Source of the DNA: Vicugna vicugna
Taxonomy: Eukaryota
DNA: 64,000 bases
Assembly: GCA_013265495.1 (NCBI GenBank)
Contig: MU058000.1
Location: 1,426,001-1,490,000 of the forward strand
Reading direction: 5' to 3'
Shown: in pieces, positions 13,665 to 26,266 of the stretch
How the letters are laid out: each line of letters opens with the position of its first letter
Position numbering within the stretch: position 1 is the stretch's first letter
The notes under the pieces: generated by a model
The model's database searches: none
Told to the model about the DNA's origin: nothing
The model's input: the letters and a program-made list of their open reading frames with translations, nothing else
Position numbers and translations under genes: made by a program

Positions 13665-14129
13665 CTAAGAGAGAGATGGTGAGAGATCAAGGGAGGAGGG
13701 AAAGAGAGAGGCAGAGCAGGAGCTCAGAGCTGGCAGCTGGCCAGCAGTCTACAGAGAAGGAGCTAAATTATGCATCTTATTTAGTACATTTATTAAAAGA
13801 ACATTTCTAGGCAAACATCCCAAAACAAATGTGACTATCAGTTAAGCGCCCCGCAGTCCCGAGCAGATTTAGTGCATGACAATTTTCTCATAATGGCTTT
13901 GTGGTGTTTGCTGAGTTTCATCTCTTTATAGCATTTTATGAATTGCCATTCCATAGGGATTTTAAATAGGCTGAGATTGCCCTTCATTTGTGGTTGTTCA
14001 ACAAAGTCAAAAATGGATGAATGTGGAACAAAGATGACATAAGAATAGGAAGAGCATGTTTGTTCAAATGATATTCAACTTAAGTTTTTAGTTGGTATTT
14101 AGCAGCAAACCAGAGTACTACTATTACCT

Positions 14130-14935
14130 ATTATTCATTCATTTATTTTAAGAAATATTTGAAAATCTCTTTTGTAACTGGGTTTGAACTCTGGATCCTG
14201 GGAGCACAAAGATGAATAAGATAAGGTTTCTGACACAAAGAAGTATAGTTTTAGGAGGAGGAGAAAAAAGTATAAAAGGTGAAGGCAGAGCTGTATAGAT
14301 AGAAGGACCAAATAGTGTGGAGCGTAAAGGAGGCACGATCACTCTATCTGCAAAGTGATGGGAAGAGCAGGAGAGGTTTTCAGAAAGGAAATGATGATGA
14401 GGGTATCCTCAGTAGAGGGACAGAGTGAACAGAAGCATTAGGCAAGGTGTAGACTGCCTCTGTGGTTTGGATAAATGGAACACATAAGAAAGGAGAAGGC
14501 AGGGGATATAGCAGAGTGAAGACTGGTAGGAGGGGGCCAGATGTGCTGCACGTACAACATTAAGGAATTTGGCATTTGTCAGGAAAATGGAAAACCATGG
14601 AAATATTTTAAAGCAGGAGAATAATATAAACTTTGATGCACTAAAAATAACAATTTGGGAAGTACTGTAAAAGATGAGTTGAAATGTGAGACTAAAAGCA
14701 GAGAGAGAAATTAGGTCTCGTTCTATAGCCAAGATGCAAGATGATATAGACTGAGTTAAGGTGGTAGCATTGTGGCTAGAGGAGGGGGGAAATGACACAT
14801 AATAGTTTGAAAGGCAGTAGAATATACAGTATTTGATGATATGTTGAATGTGATTGTGTAAGGAAAAGGGAAGAATCTAAAATGAGTCCCAAGTCTCTCT
14901 GGCTTGGGTGGCTGGATAATAGCATCATGGAATTA
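14130..14935 (-). mobile_element. L2 LINE 3' fragment
   Basis: attcattcattta tail; taaggaatttggc; ttttaaagcaggagaa; ggaagaatctaaaatgagtcccaag. Confidence 0.8.
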
Positions 14936-17486
14936 CGGTAAGGATTGTAAACCTCCAAGACAGTGAAGTACAACATACTTAATTTATATGCAAAAAATTT
15001 AAATATATATGCAAAAAATACACTGGAAGGAAGTAAAACAAGTATCCACAGTGGTAGCCAATAAGCGATACAATTGTAGATTATATTACTTATTAGACTG
15101 TATATCCTTCTCCAAATTAAAATGTGGAGATGAATTACTTTTAGAGCAGGAAAAAAATACATTAAATCCTCCTTTAATGATTTCAAGTTAGATATAAAAG
15201 AAGAAATGCCTATAAAATACTTCTCCTTTGGGTTTGACTTTGATAATACAGTCTTATCAACTGGAAAAAACAGAACTCCATGAATATGCTGAAATATATG
15301 GATTCCATTTTGGATCGTGATAACAGTTCCTTCTTCTTATCTATTGTTTTTTTTAACACTTCTATTATACTTTCCAAACTATATTCACCTGGAAAGCAAA
15401 CACCACGGTAGAGGAAAACACTTAAGATTTACTTTTTTAAAAACGTTACTGGTTAGAAAGTAAAGACACTGAAGTAGAGAGAGGATTCTGCTTATTTTCA
15501 TGGTTCATTGACACCTGCTGGATGTATGGTTTGGAACCAGTAACACTTATGTGGAACTTCTTGAATCATCGTTTGCTGAGGGTTTCAGAAATGCTTTAGG
15601 AGTTAAGGGATACTGCTAAGAGTCCATACTTGCAAGGTTTCTTGGATAGTATCCATATCCATCAATTTTTCATGTCTATGCTTTATATATATATTTATAC
15701 ACATAAGCCTGAATGCCATTTGCCAGCTTTGATATCCTCCAATATTCTTTAGAGTGGCAGTTATGTATTAATATTTTAAGTGTGATTTGGCAGTGAATGC
15801 CCCCAAACACTTTAAATGTCAGGGCATTTGTCCATTTTCTCTTGGACTGGCGTTGAATTTTTATTATCCAAAGTCCTGAGAATTAATAAGAACCCTTAGC
15901 ATTGGAGGTTAAAGAACAATTTCCTGCTGTCTCAAGACACCTACAAGTAGGAAGGAAAAAAAAGTCAAGAGCTGACCTTAATATGTTCTTATTTCAAAGA
16001 AGTCATTGACTTTTCTTTCCACTGCTTGTTAGTGAACCAATATCCTCATCTGAGAGTCTTGCCTTTTGATTAAAAATTCACTTTATGATTTTTTGTTTAT
16101 CCTTTGTCCTTAGTATGGCTTTCATCCATCAGTAAAGTAACCCATTCTCTAGAGACTGCTTCAAATCTGAGTTACTAAAAACTTGAAGCAGTAAAACATT
16201 TGACTGGATCATATAATTGTGTTGTTCCCTCTTGAGGCTTCAATCTGTTTCAGTTTTGATCCCAGTTCCCTTTGGTTATGAGAGGCCCAGCCCTCCCAGT
16301 TCTTTCACCACTCCTGGAAGGAAAGCAGAAAAAGCAGAGATGGACTTAAATTTCCACCGGAGGGCTAAAGGTTTCAGATATGAACTGTGCATCCTAAAGT
16401 GGTCCTTCCTTCTCTTCCCCTTCCCCTAACACCTCAGCTGCTTTGTTGCCTTGGCTCAATGCCTATGGCAATGTTGAGATTCCTGTGTTCTCCTGGGGCT
16501 TAGCGATTATAGAATATGACCATATTCTAGTGGCAAGTAGGCAGGTGAAACTACCTACTTACACATATGCTAGGAAGAATTAGAAGGAAAGATGCACTTT
16601 GAGAATGCATTTTGCCCAGGGGAATCATAATGATAAGCCATAGCCAGCAATAGATGACTTCAGGATGGGCCATCCGTCTTCACAGAAGGCATTTCAGTGT
16701 GGTGAGGACAGTAGCTAAGGGAGCAGTTGAACTTTTGAAACGGTGAACAGTATGCATCTGGGCTGTATAGTCCATGCTCTTATTTTAGTATTTTGCCTCA
16801 AGATTAAAGTGCAGGACACAGTTTATTTCAAAGGATGGACTTAGGCTTAGGCCAAAAGAATCTTCGGAGTTGTCTGAGAAGATGAGCAGAGGGAACGAAG
16901 AGTGGCACAACGGCAGCCCTCTACCTCTCACTCACGCGGCACACTCCATAACATCCTGAAGATCCATGAGGTTCTTCTTTGCCTATAACTGTGTTGAACT
17001 TATATCTGGATTGATGGCTTGACTTCTCCACAGTGTAGATCAAGAAGATAAGCGCTTTGGCATAAATGAGAAATTGCCTATACGGTGCAAGGGGGCACAA
17101 TTCAAGTCTGGAAAGCTTGGCCTTAAATTTTGTCCTTGACACTTACTGCCTGTGTGTCACTTAGTCAAGTCACTTAACTTGAATGACACTATAAAATAGA
17201 GACAAAATGAGGACAATGACTTCATGAGGCATAAATAAAGTATTTAAAAATATGTTAAAATGAAAGATAAAATTTCATACCTTAAGACTTAAAATATGAC
17301 ACAGTTAAATGATATTAGTCAGCATGAGTTTTGTCATAGCTATGGTTATAATGTCATAAAGAAACAAATTAGATCTTCATAAATCAAACTCAGTAAACTC
17401 TTGTGTTCCAACTTCAACCAATCAGAGGATTTTTGCCTCTATTTTGCTAGATGGTAGTTTGTTATTGATCTTTTAACACAGTTTTG

Positions 17487-18078
17487 TGCGGGGAGCCGCT
17501 CGTGACGGAGGGCTGCCGAGCACAAAACTTGGGCGTAAAACCCCAAAGTGCAGGGCGCCAGGCTCTGAGATTGAGGCTGCCGAGCACAAAGGTTGGGCCT
17601 AAACTCCCACAGTGCGGGGCGCCCGGCTCAAAGGTCAATTGAGTTAGAACAATCTCTGTCCCGCCACCTCTTTTACTAAAGAATGCACCAGGTGCGCTAA
17701 TGCCTGAGGAAACATCTTTGAGCTATTAAGTCACAAAAGACCTTCGGAGGGAGAGATACAATTGGCACACAAATCAGTGATCCTTTTAGAGAACAATCAC
17801 CTGAGTTGAATGTATCACCTGAGTTGAATGTATACGAGTCACGAGGTTAGGCTTTATTGCCTACGTGCAGGAATGTATGAGCTAATGGGTTAAAATCATA
17901 TAAAAGAACCACCTGAAATAAACTCGTCGTCCACTCTTGACCTAGCGTCTTGCGGGCTAGAGTGAGACCCTCTCAACCCCAACTTTTCTTGTCTTGCTGT
18001 CTCTTTGTTACGTCTTTCCTTTTCTCAGTCCTGCAGCACAGATTTCTGGACCTGATCGATTGTCGGCTGGCTCCGACA
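17487..18078 (+). mobile_element. Young class II (betaretrovirus/ERV-K-like) solo LTR, 592 bp
   Basis: TGCGGGGAGCC...GGCTCCGACA termini; perfect 6-bp TSD GTTTTG (17481-17486, 18079-18084); TATAAAA 17899-17905; AATAAA 17917-17922; many intact CpGs. Confidence 0.88.
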
Positions 18079-19193
18079 GTTTTGAACTAGTAAAATGCTT
18101 TAGAAAATTCCTCAGGACATCTAGTCCAGACTATTTATCAATACAGATTATGATCCTTACGTTGTCTTTGCTGTGGCTGGAACAAAACACCTCCTTACCC
18201 CACCTCCCACCTCATGAAAATCGTTGCCCATTCAAAGCAGTCTCAGTGTTTACACGTGTGTCACCTAAGTTCACTTTTCTTAAACTTCTCCAGACAGAAG
18301 TTGTTTCAGTTAAGATGTGGAAATAGTAAGTGTACAGCTCTTCCTGTGGTGTGGGGAGTACAGTCCTATACGGATGAAAGTACAAAACTTTTCTTGCTCA
18401 CCTGGCTGAATTCCACTGCATCATGGAAGGGAAGAGGTAGAAGACGGTTGTCTCTTTGGATGGAGAAAACATCTGGTTAGATGTAAAATATACGGATTGT
18501 GTAATAAAGAATTATACACATATCAAAGAATGCATCAAGAAATGCTGAATTAGGGCAAAATTTAAAATCTGCACCCTGGAGGATAGTAGATATACCTTGA
18601 CTTGGCCATAATTTTTGTAGCATTTTTTCTACTTCTTGGTGATTTACTAGGGAAATCCCTTAGTCCCTATATTCTTTGCTACCCTGAACTACAAATCTCA
18701 CACATTCCAACTTGCGCCTCAGCAAGCTGTTGTAAGCTTTCACCTGGCCACACCGTTCCTATGAATACTCCCCACAGTGCTCTTAAGAGAGTGCGTGTGT
18801 GAAACAAACGTCATGTGATTTCTATTAGACAATTTTAGGAGATTGGGAATCAGTACATGCATAAACTGTCATCATTCCTTTCACTATATGATTATAGTGG
18901 CACTTGAGAAAAGTGAAGACTTTTCCCCATCATCTCAGAAAATAAGGAAGGATAAAGCACAAGATTCCAGGACCAGGGAAAGAGAAGGATTCAGAATTCC
19001 TTTTATGGTTTACACATGGTACAACTCTGCTCATGAAGACGTATCTAGAGTCTAACAGCTTCTTTTTCTTTAGACCTTAATTATGCAAATTATACAGCTG
19101 TTTAAAGAGTGACTTCTCAAGCTTCTACAAATCTGTTTTCATTTCCTGTGGGCAGAGTATTTCTTTTCCATTCTCTCAGTAATGCATATCTTT

Positions 19194-19711
19194 GTAGTAT
19201 CAGTTTGTCAGTCAGGCAGGAAGCAGATGAATATACCTCAAGTTGGGTCTTTCGGTAAATGTTTACTAAAGGGGCTATTTACAAAGATATGGACAGAATA
19301 TAAGGAAGCAGTACAGTATGAAGAGGCAGTACTCGGGGGAGAGTAACAGGGCAACACTCCACTTGAAGGGGGTAGTTACCAGCTATGGGAGAGGGAGAAA
19401 GATATTGAGAGAGAGGGAGAGTGGTGGGAGAGGGAGAGAGACTGATATCACTCTATGCAAAGGGGAGAAGTCCAAATAAAGTGGACACAGAAGAGAGCCA
19501 GGGTAATACACGCCCTGCATTTACTCTTCTTACTCCTGGTCGTCAGCTCCTCCAAGTGCTGCCCATCAGCAGAACCAATCAGCAGTCAGTGATAAGTGAT
19601 CACAGCTGTTGACGCAGCCTGCGTAGACCCGCCTCCCAGCCTCCCGGGGCGGAGCAAGGTGGAGGAATGAGGAGAGTGGGGCTGAGGGGCACATGGAAGA
19701 TATTCAGCACA
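19194..19711 (-). mobile_element. ERVL LTR (LTR33-like)
   Basis: caggaagcagatg...aaaggggctatttacaaag at one end; ggagagtggggctgaggggcacatggaagatattcagcaca at the other. Confidence 0.65.
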
Positions 19712-22261
19712 TTGGGTGAGTGTGTTTTGATCTCTGTAGCCACTACCGACACGGTGGGTAGCTCTGGAAGTGTCTTGATTACTGGATTGAGAAGATCTCT
19801 AACTATGAGCTCGTTGACACATCCACCAGAACTTCAGAAGGTGATAGTTTGGCCCAGTAAGCTGATCTCTATAGTTAAAAAAAAAAAAAAAAGAAAAAAA
19901 GAGTTTGAACTAGAGCTCTTTAGTCATTGTGCAATGAATATTTTTGGTAGTATGCTGGCTGTTCTTAAAGGTCCTCCCCACCGCAGACCCATTTTCAGCA
20001 AAGTTCTGCCCTGCTCTGTGTCCTCAAAGGCTACCTCTACTGCTGACATCTCAGGGTTCCCTAACTTTTAGCTTCTGGTTGAGGTTTGCTGAGCTCTGGC
20101 TAAGCATATAGGTTTTCTTTGTTTTTTCCTGCAAACTAGTTGATCCCAAGAGGTTAGGGATTGTGTTTCTCCTTGGTTTCTTTCACAAAGCCCAGCAGAA
20201 TAAGGCTATATGTAACACAGTGAATAAGTGCTATATAATTGGTTGGCTGGAGGTACATAAATATTTCTGAGCTTTCATCCCAAAGCAAATTTCAAAGTCA
20301 ATTATGAATGATGCTGTAGGGAGAGATTTATTTTCCATTGTTATTCGCTCATTCAACAAATATTCACTGACACCCTCACCCACCCCACTCTGTGCCATTT
20401 CTAGTACTCAGAATTGCAAGTGGAATGGAGAATGACACAGACAGAGCACTTGCTTGAAGGTCCTTAGGGAATGACTTGGTGATGAGATCATGGGCTTCGG
20501 AGCCCAGCAGATGTGGGCCCTGGTTTAAGGCCTGGTTTTATGTGATGCTAGCAAACTTTCTAAACTTAGTTTTCTCATTGGTAAAAATAGAGATATTTTA
20601 TGAGTTTTTTTGTGAGAATTAAATGAAATAAGCAAAATAAATCACTTGTGGGGTTCTGGGTACATAACAAGAGGTGAATAAATCTTGACTGCATGGGAAG
20701 ATTAAGGAGCATTAATGATGCCAATAGAGTGCAGCACTGGCCTCAGAGGTGAGTGATTCCAAGGGTTCAAGAAGCCATTTGGCAGAGGACTTATACCAAG
20801 AGATGGGACAAACCATAAACGCTTCTTGGCCCCAGAAGGAAACCTCAGTTCTCAGAGTGCAAGGCAATATTGAGTGTGTTATATAATGTTTGTCACTATA
20901 ATGTTATAATGATTTTCCCGTCAGCCCAACCTTCTGGGCTCCATGCCTGAATCCTATGGATAAGGGAGAAGGGGAGAGGAATATTTGCTGTTTTTCTAAT
21001 GGAATGATACTCAAAGAGTGAGAAAAATGTTCTTCCCAACTCTCACACCTTCAAGTTAGACACTTAGAGCCACACTGAGGCTCAGAAGAAGACGTTAGGA
21101 TGTAGCAAATTGCAAAGACAACAGTGTATCTGGTGACAATTTTGGTGGAAGTTCAGTCACCATTGCTTAGAAGAAGCAGTGTTCATGACCCAAGGAGCTC
21201 AGCTGGAGGGGAGAAAAAATAAGAGAAGAAGGAATAAAAACCAGTCATTTGGTGCATGTAGCAGACTGGCGGTAAATGCAGAAAAGCTGTAGAGGAGCAT
21301 AGAAATATCCAACAGTGAAGAAATTACTAGAAGATTGGAGTCAGGATAACTTAGAGGCAAGAGAAGCCCCATTCAATTTCCCCTTCGGTGGATTCCTGCT
21401 TATCCAAAAAAAAAAAAAAATCTAAAACAAAGTTTAAAAATTTATAGAATACAAATAATAATTTTTAGCATATTAGTAATGATATAAAATAATTCTGGTG
21501 TCCACAAGTTAATTTTTATAAAAAATAATATTTTTATAAAAAGCAAGAATTCATAGAGTACCCTGATAATGGGGTGCAGTCCTGGGATACAGTTTTACCG
21601 TATCCTTTTCTGTCAGTCCCATCAGTGTCCCTCTTGGATTGTAGTAAGTCTTCATCCAGAGGTAACATCAAAAGTCCAACTTGGAAGTCTTAATAAATAC
21701 GAAATACATACCAAATGGCCCTCCTCCCATTCTCTCCCTTCTCCTTTCCCCATGCCAGGTGAGGGCCCTCAGTGTGGTGCTGTAATAGGTGGTGGGAGCA
21801 GGAGCAGCCACAGACACGGGTGATTATTGGTTTTTACCCGCAGACCACGTCCGCCTGCGCAGTCTCACATCACACATGTGGTAGCCTGCAGTATAATAGG
21901 TGTTTAATATCTTGACTCTCTTAGCTCCCATTTATTTCTCTGCCTAGAAGCCTTGGCTTCTTTCCCTGTCACTCTCGTGAAAGTCTTTTCATTAATGTCA
22001 TGAGCAATCCAATAATTGGTAAGTCAGTAAAATATACTACTTGACCATTTTTAGTCAACTCTTTGATGCTCTTCTTTTCTTTGGTTTCCTGGATGCCTTT
22101 TTCTACCTTCATAACCACTGATATTTCTATTTATTTTGTCATACCTCCTCCTCTGCCTTCTCACTATGTCTTCACTCCCTAGAAGTTCATCTTGGGTTAT
22201 ATATTGTTCAAAATTGCTTCTATTTCCCTAAGGAATATCATTTACATTGATGATTTAATAA

Positions 22262-22794
22262 TCTTTTTTTAAAAATTTTAGCCCTATTGATATACAATCT
22301 ACATGTAAAATTGTATGATATTTAAAGTGTGCATCATGGTAATTGATACGTGTATACATTGTGAAAGAATTTTCCCATCTAGTTAGTTAACACATCCATC
22401 ACCTCACATATTTATTTTTTTGGCAAGAACACTTAACTTCTACTCTCTAAGCAGATTTTGGTTGTACAATATAGTGTTATCAACTGTATTCACCATGTTT
22501 CACACTAGATTCTCAGGCCTTATTTATCTTATCACTGAAAGTTTGGAAGTTTGCACCCTTTTACCAGCTTCTCCCTATTTCCCTCACTCCCTAGCTCTTG
22601 GAAAGCACTTTTCCATTCTCTGCTTCTATGAGTTTTTCTTTTTTATTTTCTCTTTAGATTCCACATATAAGTGATACTGTGTGTATTTATCTTTCTCTGT
22701 TTGGCCTATTTCACTTAGCACGATGTCCCCATGGTTCATCCATACTGTGGCAAATGGAAGGATTTCCTTCTTTCTCATGGCTGAATAATACTCC

Positions 22795-22825
<31 letters not shown>

Positions 22826-23140
22826 CTAATACAATACCGTCTTCTTTATCCACTCATCTTTTGATGAATTGTTTCTAGATCTTGTGCACTGTTGATGAGA
22901 ATGTAAACTGGTACAATTACTATGGAACTGTATGTATGTTCCATACATAGTATGGAGGTTCCTCAAAAAATTGAGGGGACATCATCATATGATTCAGCAG
23001 TCTTACTTCTGGGCACATATCCAAAGGAAATAAAAATAGGATCTCAAAGAGATATCTGCGTTCCTTTGTTAATTGCAGTATTATTCACAACAGACAAGAT
23101 ATGGAAACAACCTAAGTGTCCATTGACAGGTGAATGGATA
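22262..23140 (-). mobile_element. L1MA9-like 3' end with 5' inversion (22262-22883 minus, 22884-23140 plus)
   Basis: Minus ORF 22626-22853 gives MEYYSAMRKKEILPFATVWM...; plus ORF 22922-23158 gives SMEVPQK...YDSAVLLLGTYPKE...IWKQPKCP, the adjacent upstream part of the ORF2 C-terminus. Confidence 0.88.
22797..22825. repeat. (TG)n microsatellite within L1
   Basis: Read directly. Confidence 0.95.
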
Positions 23141-24711
23141 CAACTTCTTTACATATGAGCCACAAATCCATCTCCAAACCCAAATTTTCTCCTGAGTCCC
23201 ATACTCGCATATCCAACTGTATTTGCCTAATAAGTGTTTTTTTTTTACTGAAATATAGCATACTCAATGAATATTGGCATAAAGAACACTCAACTTCTTG
23301 TATTTTCACTTTTACCCAATACACAAAGGCACTTTTGAGTCTTTGTTGTCCCCCGCCACAGTAAGTTGCAATCATAGCTAACTCTGTTTCACCATACCTT
23401 TCACATATGACATTCTCCTTATTATTGTCTAACTTAAAGATCTGCACAGGCTTCTATTTGGCTCCTCTCAACACTCATCATACTGTCACTGGAATGAACT
23501 TCTAACAATGAATGGGATCATGTAATTTTCCAGCATCAAAAGCCTCTCTTGACTGTTTCCTGGTTGCCTTCACGACTATATTCCAACTCCTTACAGGAGG
23601 ATACAAGGACCTTTGCATGCTATTCCCTCTAGTATATTTTCATGCACCCAAGAAAATGCCCAATTGTTCTTCAGGAGACAGACCAGTTGCCAAATTTTGG
23701 TGAAAACTTCCTAAACTACCACAGAAATGGTTGCTTCATTTCTCTTCTAATCTTCCATACATTTCTTTATAGCATGACTTTAAATCTTCCCACAGTGTAA
23801 TTTCCTGGTGTTCATTTTTGGGTCATCTGTTTGTCTGAGCTTAGCACGATGCCTGGTGCATTGAAGGGGCTCAGGATGGAGTTGAGCAGTGGATGGATGA
23901 GTGAACGGAAAACAGTGAGCTGCAGGGATTGGTAGTGATTTGCTGCTCCTCTGCCGGTGTTATGGAGTGATGGGCTTGGAATGTGACATCCCATAAGCTT
24001 CTGATCCCCCAACAGAAAATATGGGGGTGGGGAAGAGATTTATATGGAAACAGCACTCTCCTTTGCAGGGGCAAGAGAGACAAAACAATGGTGTTTATCA
24101 GGGAGGCAGCTGGTGTAGTAAATGTACGTGTCAGGGGAGAAGTGGGCCCAGTCAGGTAGTCAACAATGGTTTACTCAATAACCCCGGAACTTAGGGTCAG
24201 TTCCTGCTGAGATCCCCAGCTCCCACTGAGTCCTTCTGATCAGTGGACTGCTGACTATATTTCTGATTTAGTTAAAATGTTAAAAAAAAAAACTATTAAT
24301 TCACTTTACTGTGCCTGCTATTTATAATAACAAACTGAGGCAGTTAATCTGAACTATAAACTGTCATCTCTTTGTGACTTTCTGCTTTGTTTTCCAGAGA
24401 CAATATGCTATTAAAAAGAACGGCATTCCTGTGTACACATAGGCATTCTAGGCTAACTAGGTTTTTGTGGATGGATGACAAATGATTGTAAACAAAAGAG
24501 GTTCCCTCTCCTGTAACCTTGACCCATGAAGGCCAAGACATGTATTGTTCATTTAAATAATATTCATTTTGCTGTCATATTAGTTATGCTTGGAAGTTTT
24601 ATATCCAGCAGAGATTTTTCAGGGACATGCTGTTCCTGGAACAGTGAACATGCTAATGCAGACAGATATTAGAACTGTAGAACAAACTTTAACCAGCATA
24701 GAGAATTTAGT

Positions 24712-24815
24712 GCGGGGAAGGAGGAGGGGAAAAAGAGGGGAAAAGAAGGAAAGAGAAAAGAGGGGAGAGAGAAAGTGAGAATGGGTGAGAAGGAGGGGAG
24801 GAGGACGAGAGAAAG
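24712..24815. repeat. GA-rich polypurine tract
   Basis: About 100 nt almost entirely A/G. Confidence 0.85.
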
Positions 24816-24936
24816 TGTTATACTGATTTTTTAAAAATAGTTTTAGGAAGTCAACCCTTATAGTGGGTTGCATTTTTTTTTTATTTTTTGCTAAATACCC
24901 ATTTCTGTCCCGTAAGAAGATTATTCATCCACACCC

Positions 24937-25398
24937 TGTCAAGAACTGTGAAAGGTCTGAGATTTTACCCTGCTTACAAACTAAAATTAAGCCTGTCACA
25001 GTTTCATACATGCTGGCACAAGACACAAAATTCCTGGGTCAGAAATAGAGGACTTAAATACTCACAGCACATCAGGCATCGTAAGTGTCATGTTTACAGC
25101 AGTTTTGCTTTCTACCCTCTCCAAGTTCCAAGGAGGCAACGGGGAGGTGGTCCTAGGTCAATGGTGCACACATAGTGGGTTCATATCCCAGCTGAGGAAC
25201 CCTGAGCTTAGTGAACCCTCAATTTTATAAGGGACTGCTAGCAAGTCTGCCCAGTTTTGGCCCTGGAGGGAGACCATTCTGGACAACAAACAAGTCTGCC
25301 CTCTACCTTGCCAGGAAGATACTCCTTCTGTCTTCCTAGACTGTTTATTCTGTAAATGTCCTTGAAAGATAGTCCTTACCTCTACAAGAGTTTTCACA
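24937..25398 (-). mobile_element. ERV solo LTR (probably ERV1/MER type)
   Basis: TG...CA termini (tgtcaagaac...ttttcaca); ttttata (reverse TATA) near 25223; no clean TSD. Confidence 0.6.
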
Positions 25399-26120
25399 AC
25401 TGTTTTTTTCCCAGAGCTTTAACTTCAAAATTAGAAAACTTGGCTCAAGCAATAAAGTTTTAATGCACATTAATTAAAGATAAGAGTAATGTATGTCATG
25501 TGATGCCTTTCAGTTTACAAAATACTTTCCTATGCATTATTGTGCTCAGTCATGTATAATGTCAATAATAATGATGCTGAATTGATTCCAGGTTTGTAGG
25601 TAATGATCCATGTTGGTAGGAAGGGGGTCTACAATTATTATGACAATCATATATATTAAGGGTACAACTGGTAATGGAGGCTGTGGGAGTTGTAATAAAG
25701 TGTGTGTGTGTGTGTGTTAGTGTTCCTCACCAGGTCATTGTAAAACAAATGTTATAAATTATACACACACATGCACTGTTGGCTTTCTGGCTCTGTTCTT
25801 AATCAGCATTATTAAAACTGCATCACAGCAGGGTAAGGTTGTGGATATAATTTAGAAATTAAAAATGGAGGTGCTGGATTTAAAATACATAAGTATAAAA
25901 CATTGGAAATAGAAAATAGGACTAAGAAATACTAAAATCCTATCTCCACAGATGAGATTCCAATGAGAACTGCAAGCTGAGACATTTTAGAGAGATGTCA
26001 TTAGGCAGCTCTTAGTCACCCTTGAGATTTTCCTTTTCCTTTGCAGCAGAATCAGAATCAGCAATGAATCAAAACTGCATAGACCATCGGTACTGGCAGG
26101 GCTCTACAGAATCCTGCAGC

Positions 26121-26266
26121 CAGTGAATCTCAAACGTTAGTGTATGTCCTGGAATCAGCTGAGAATCACTGGAATCAGTAACAATACAGACACCTAAGCT
26201 CTCACTACCCAACGATCTGATTTCTTAGGCTTAGTAATTCTGATCAGACCAGTTCAGAAACCACTG
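26121..26266. mobile_element. MER5-like hAT-Charlie DNA transposon
   Basis: Inverted termini cagtgaatctcaaac ... gttcagaaaccactg. Confidence 0.7.

Larger units (their letters stand above)
21900..23900 (+). mobile_element. L2 remnant interrupted by an L1 and further insertions
   Basis: Pyrimidine-rich L2 motifs (ctcctgagtcccatactcgcatatccaactg; cttagcacgatgcctggtgca...gttgagcagtggatggatgagtga tail). Confidence 0.65.

Noticed and set aside
14409..15186. 129-aa and 136-aa hydrophobic minus-strand ORFs
   Set aside because: They largely overlap the pyrimidine-rich strand of a decayed L2; composition explains the hydrophobicity
16930..17060. Second minus-strand exon ending at CGC|GTGAGT
   Set aside because: Donor hexamer present but no convincing acceptor or promoter; unsupported
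19667..20071. 134-aa ORF with poly-Lys
   Set aside because: Starts inside an LTR; the Lys run is a genomic poly(A) tract
26047..26089. Candidate exon after ttttcctttgcag
   Set aside because: Weak donor (TCG|gtactg), and the body resembles a decayed MIR end next to a MER5
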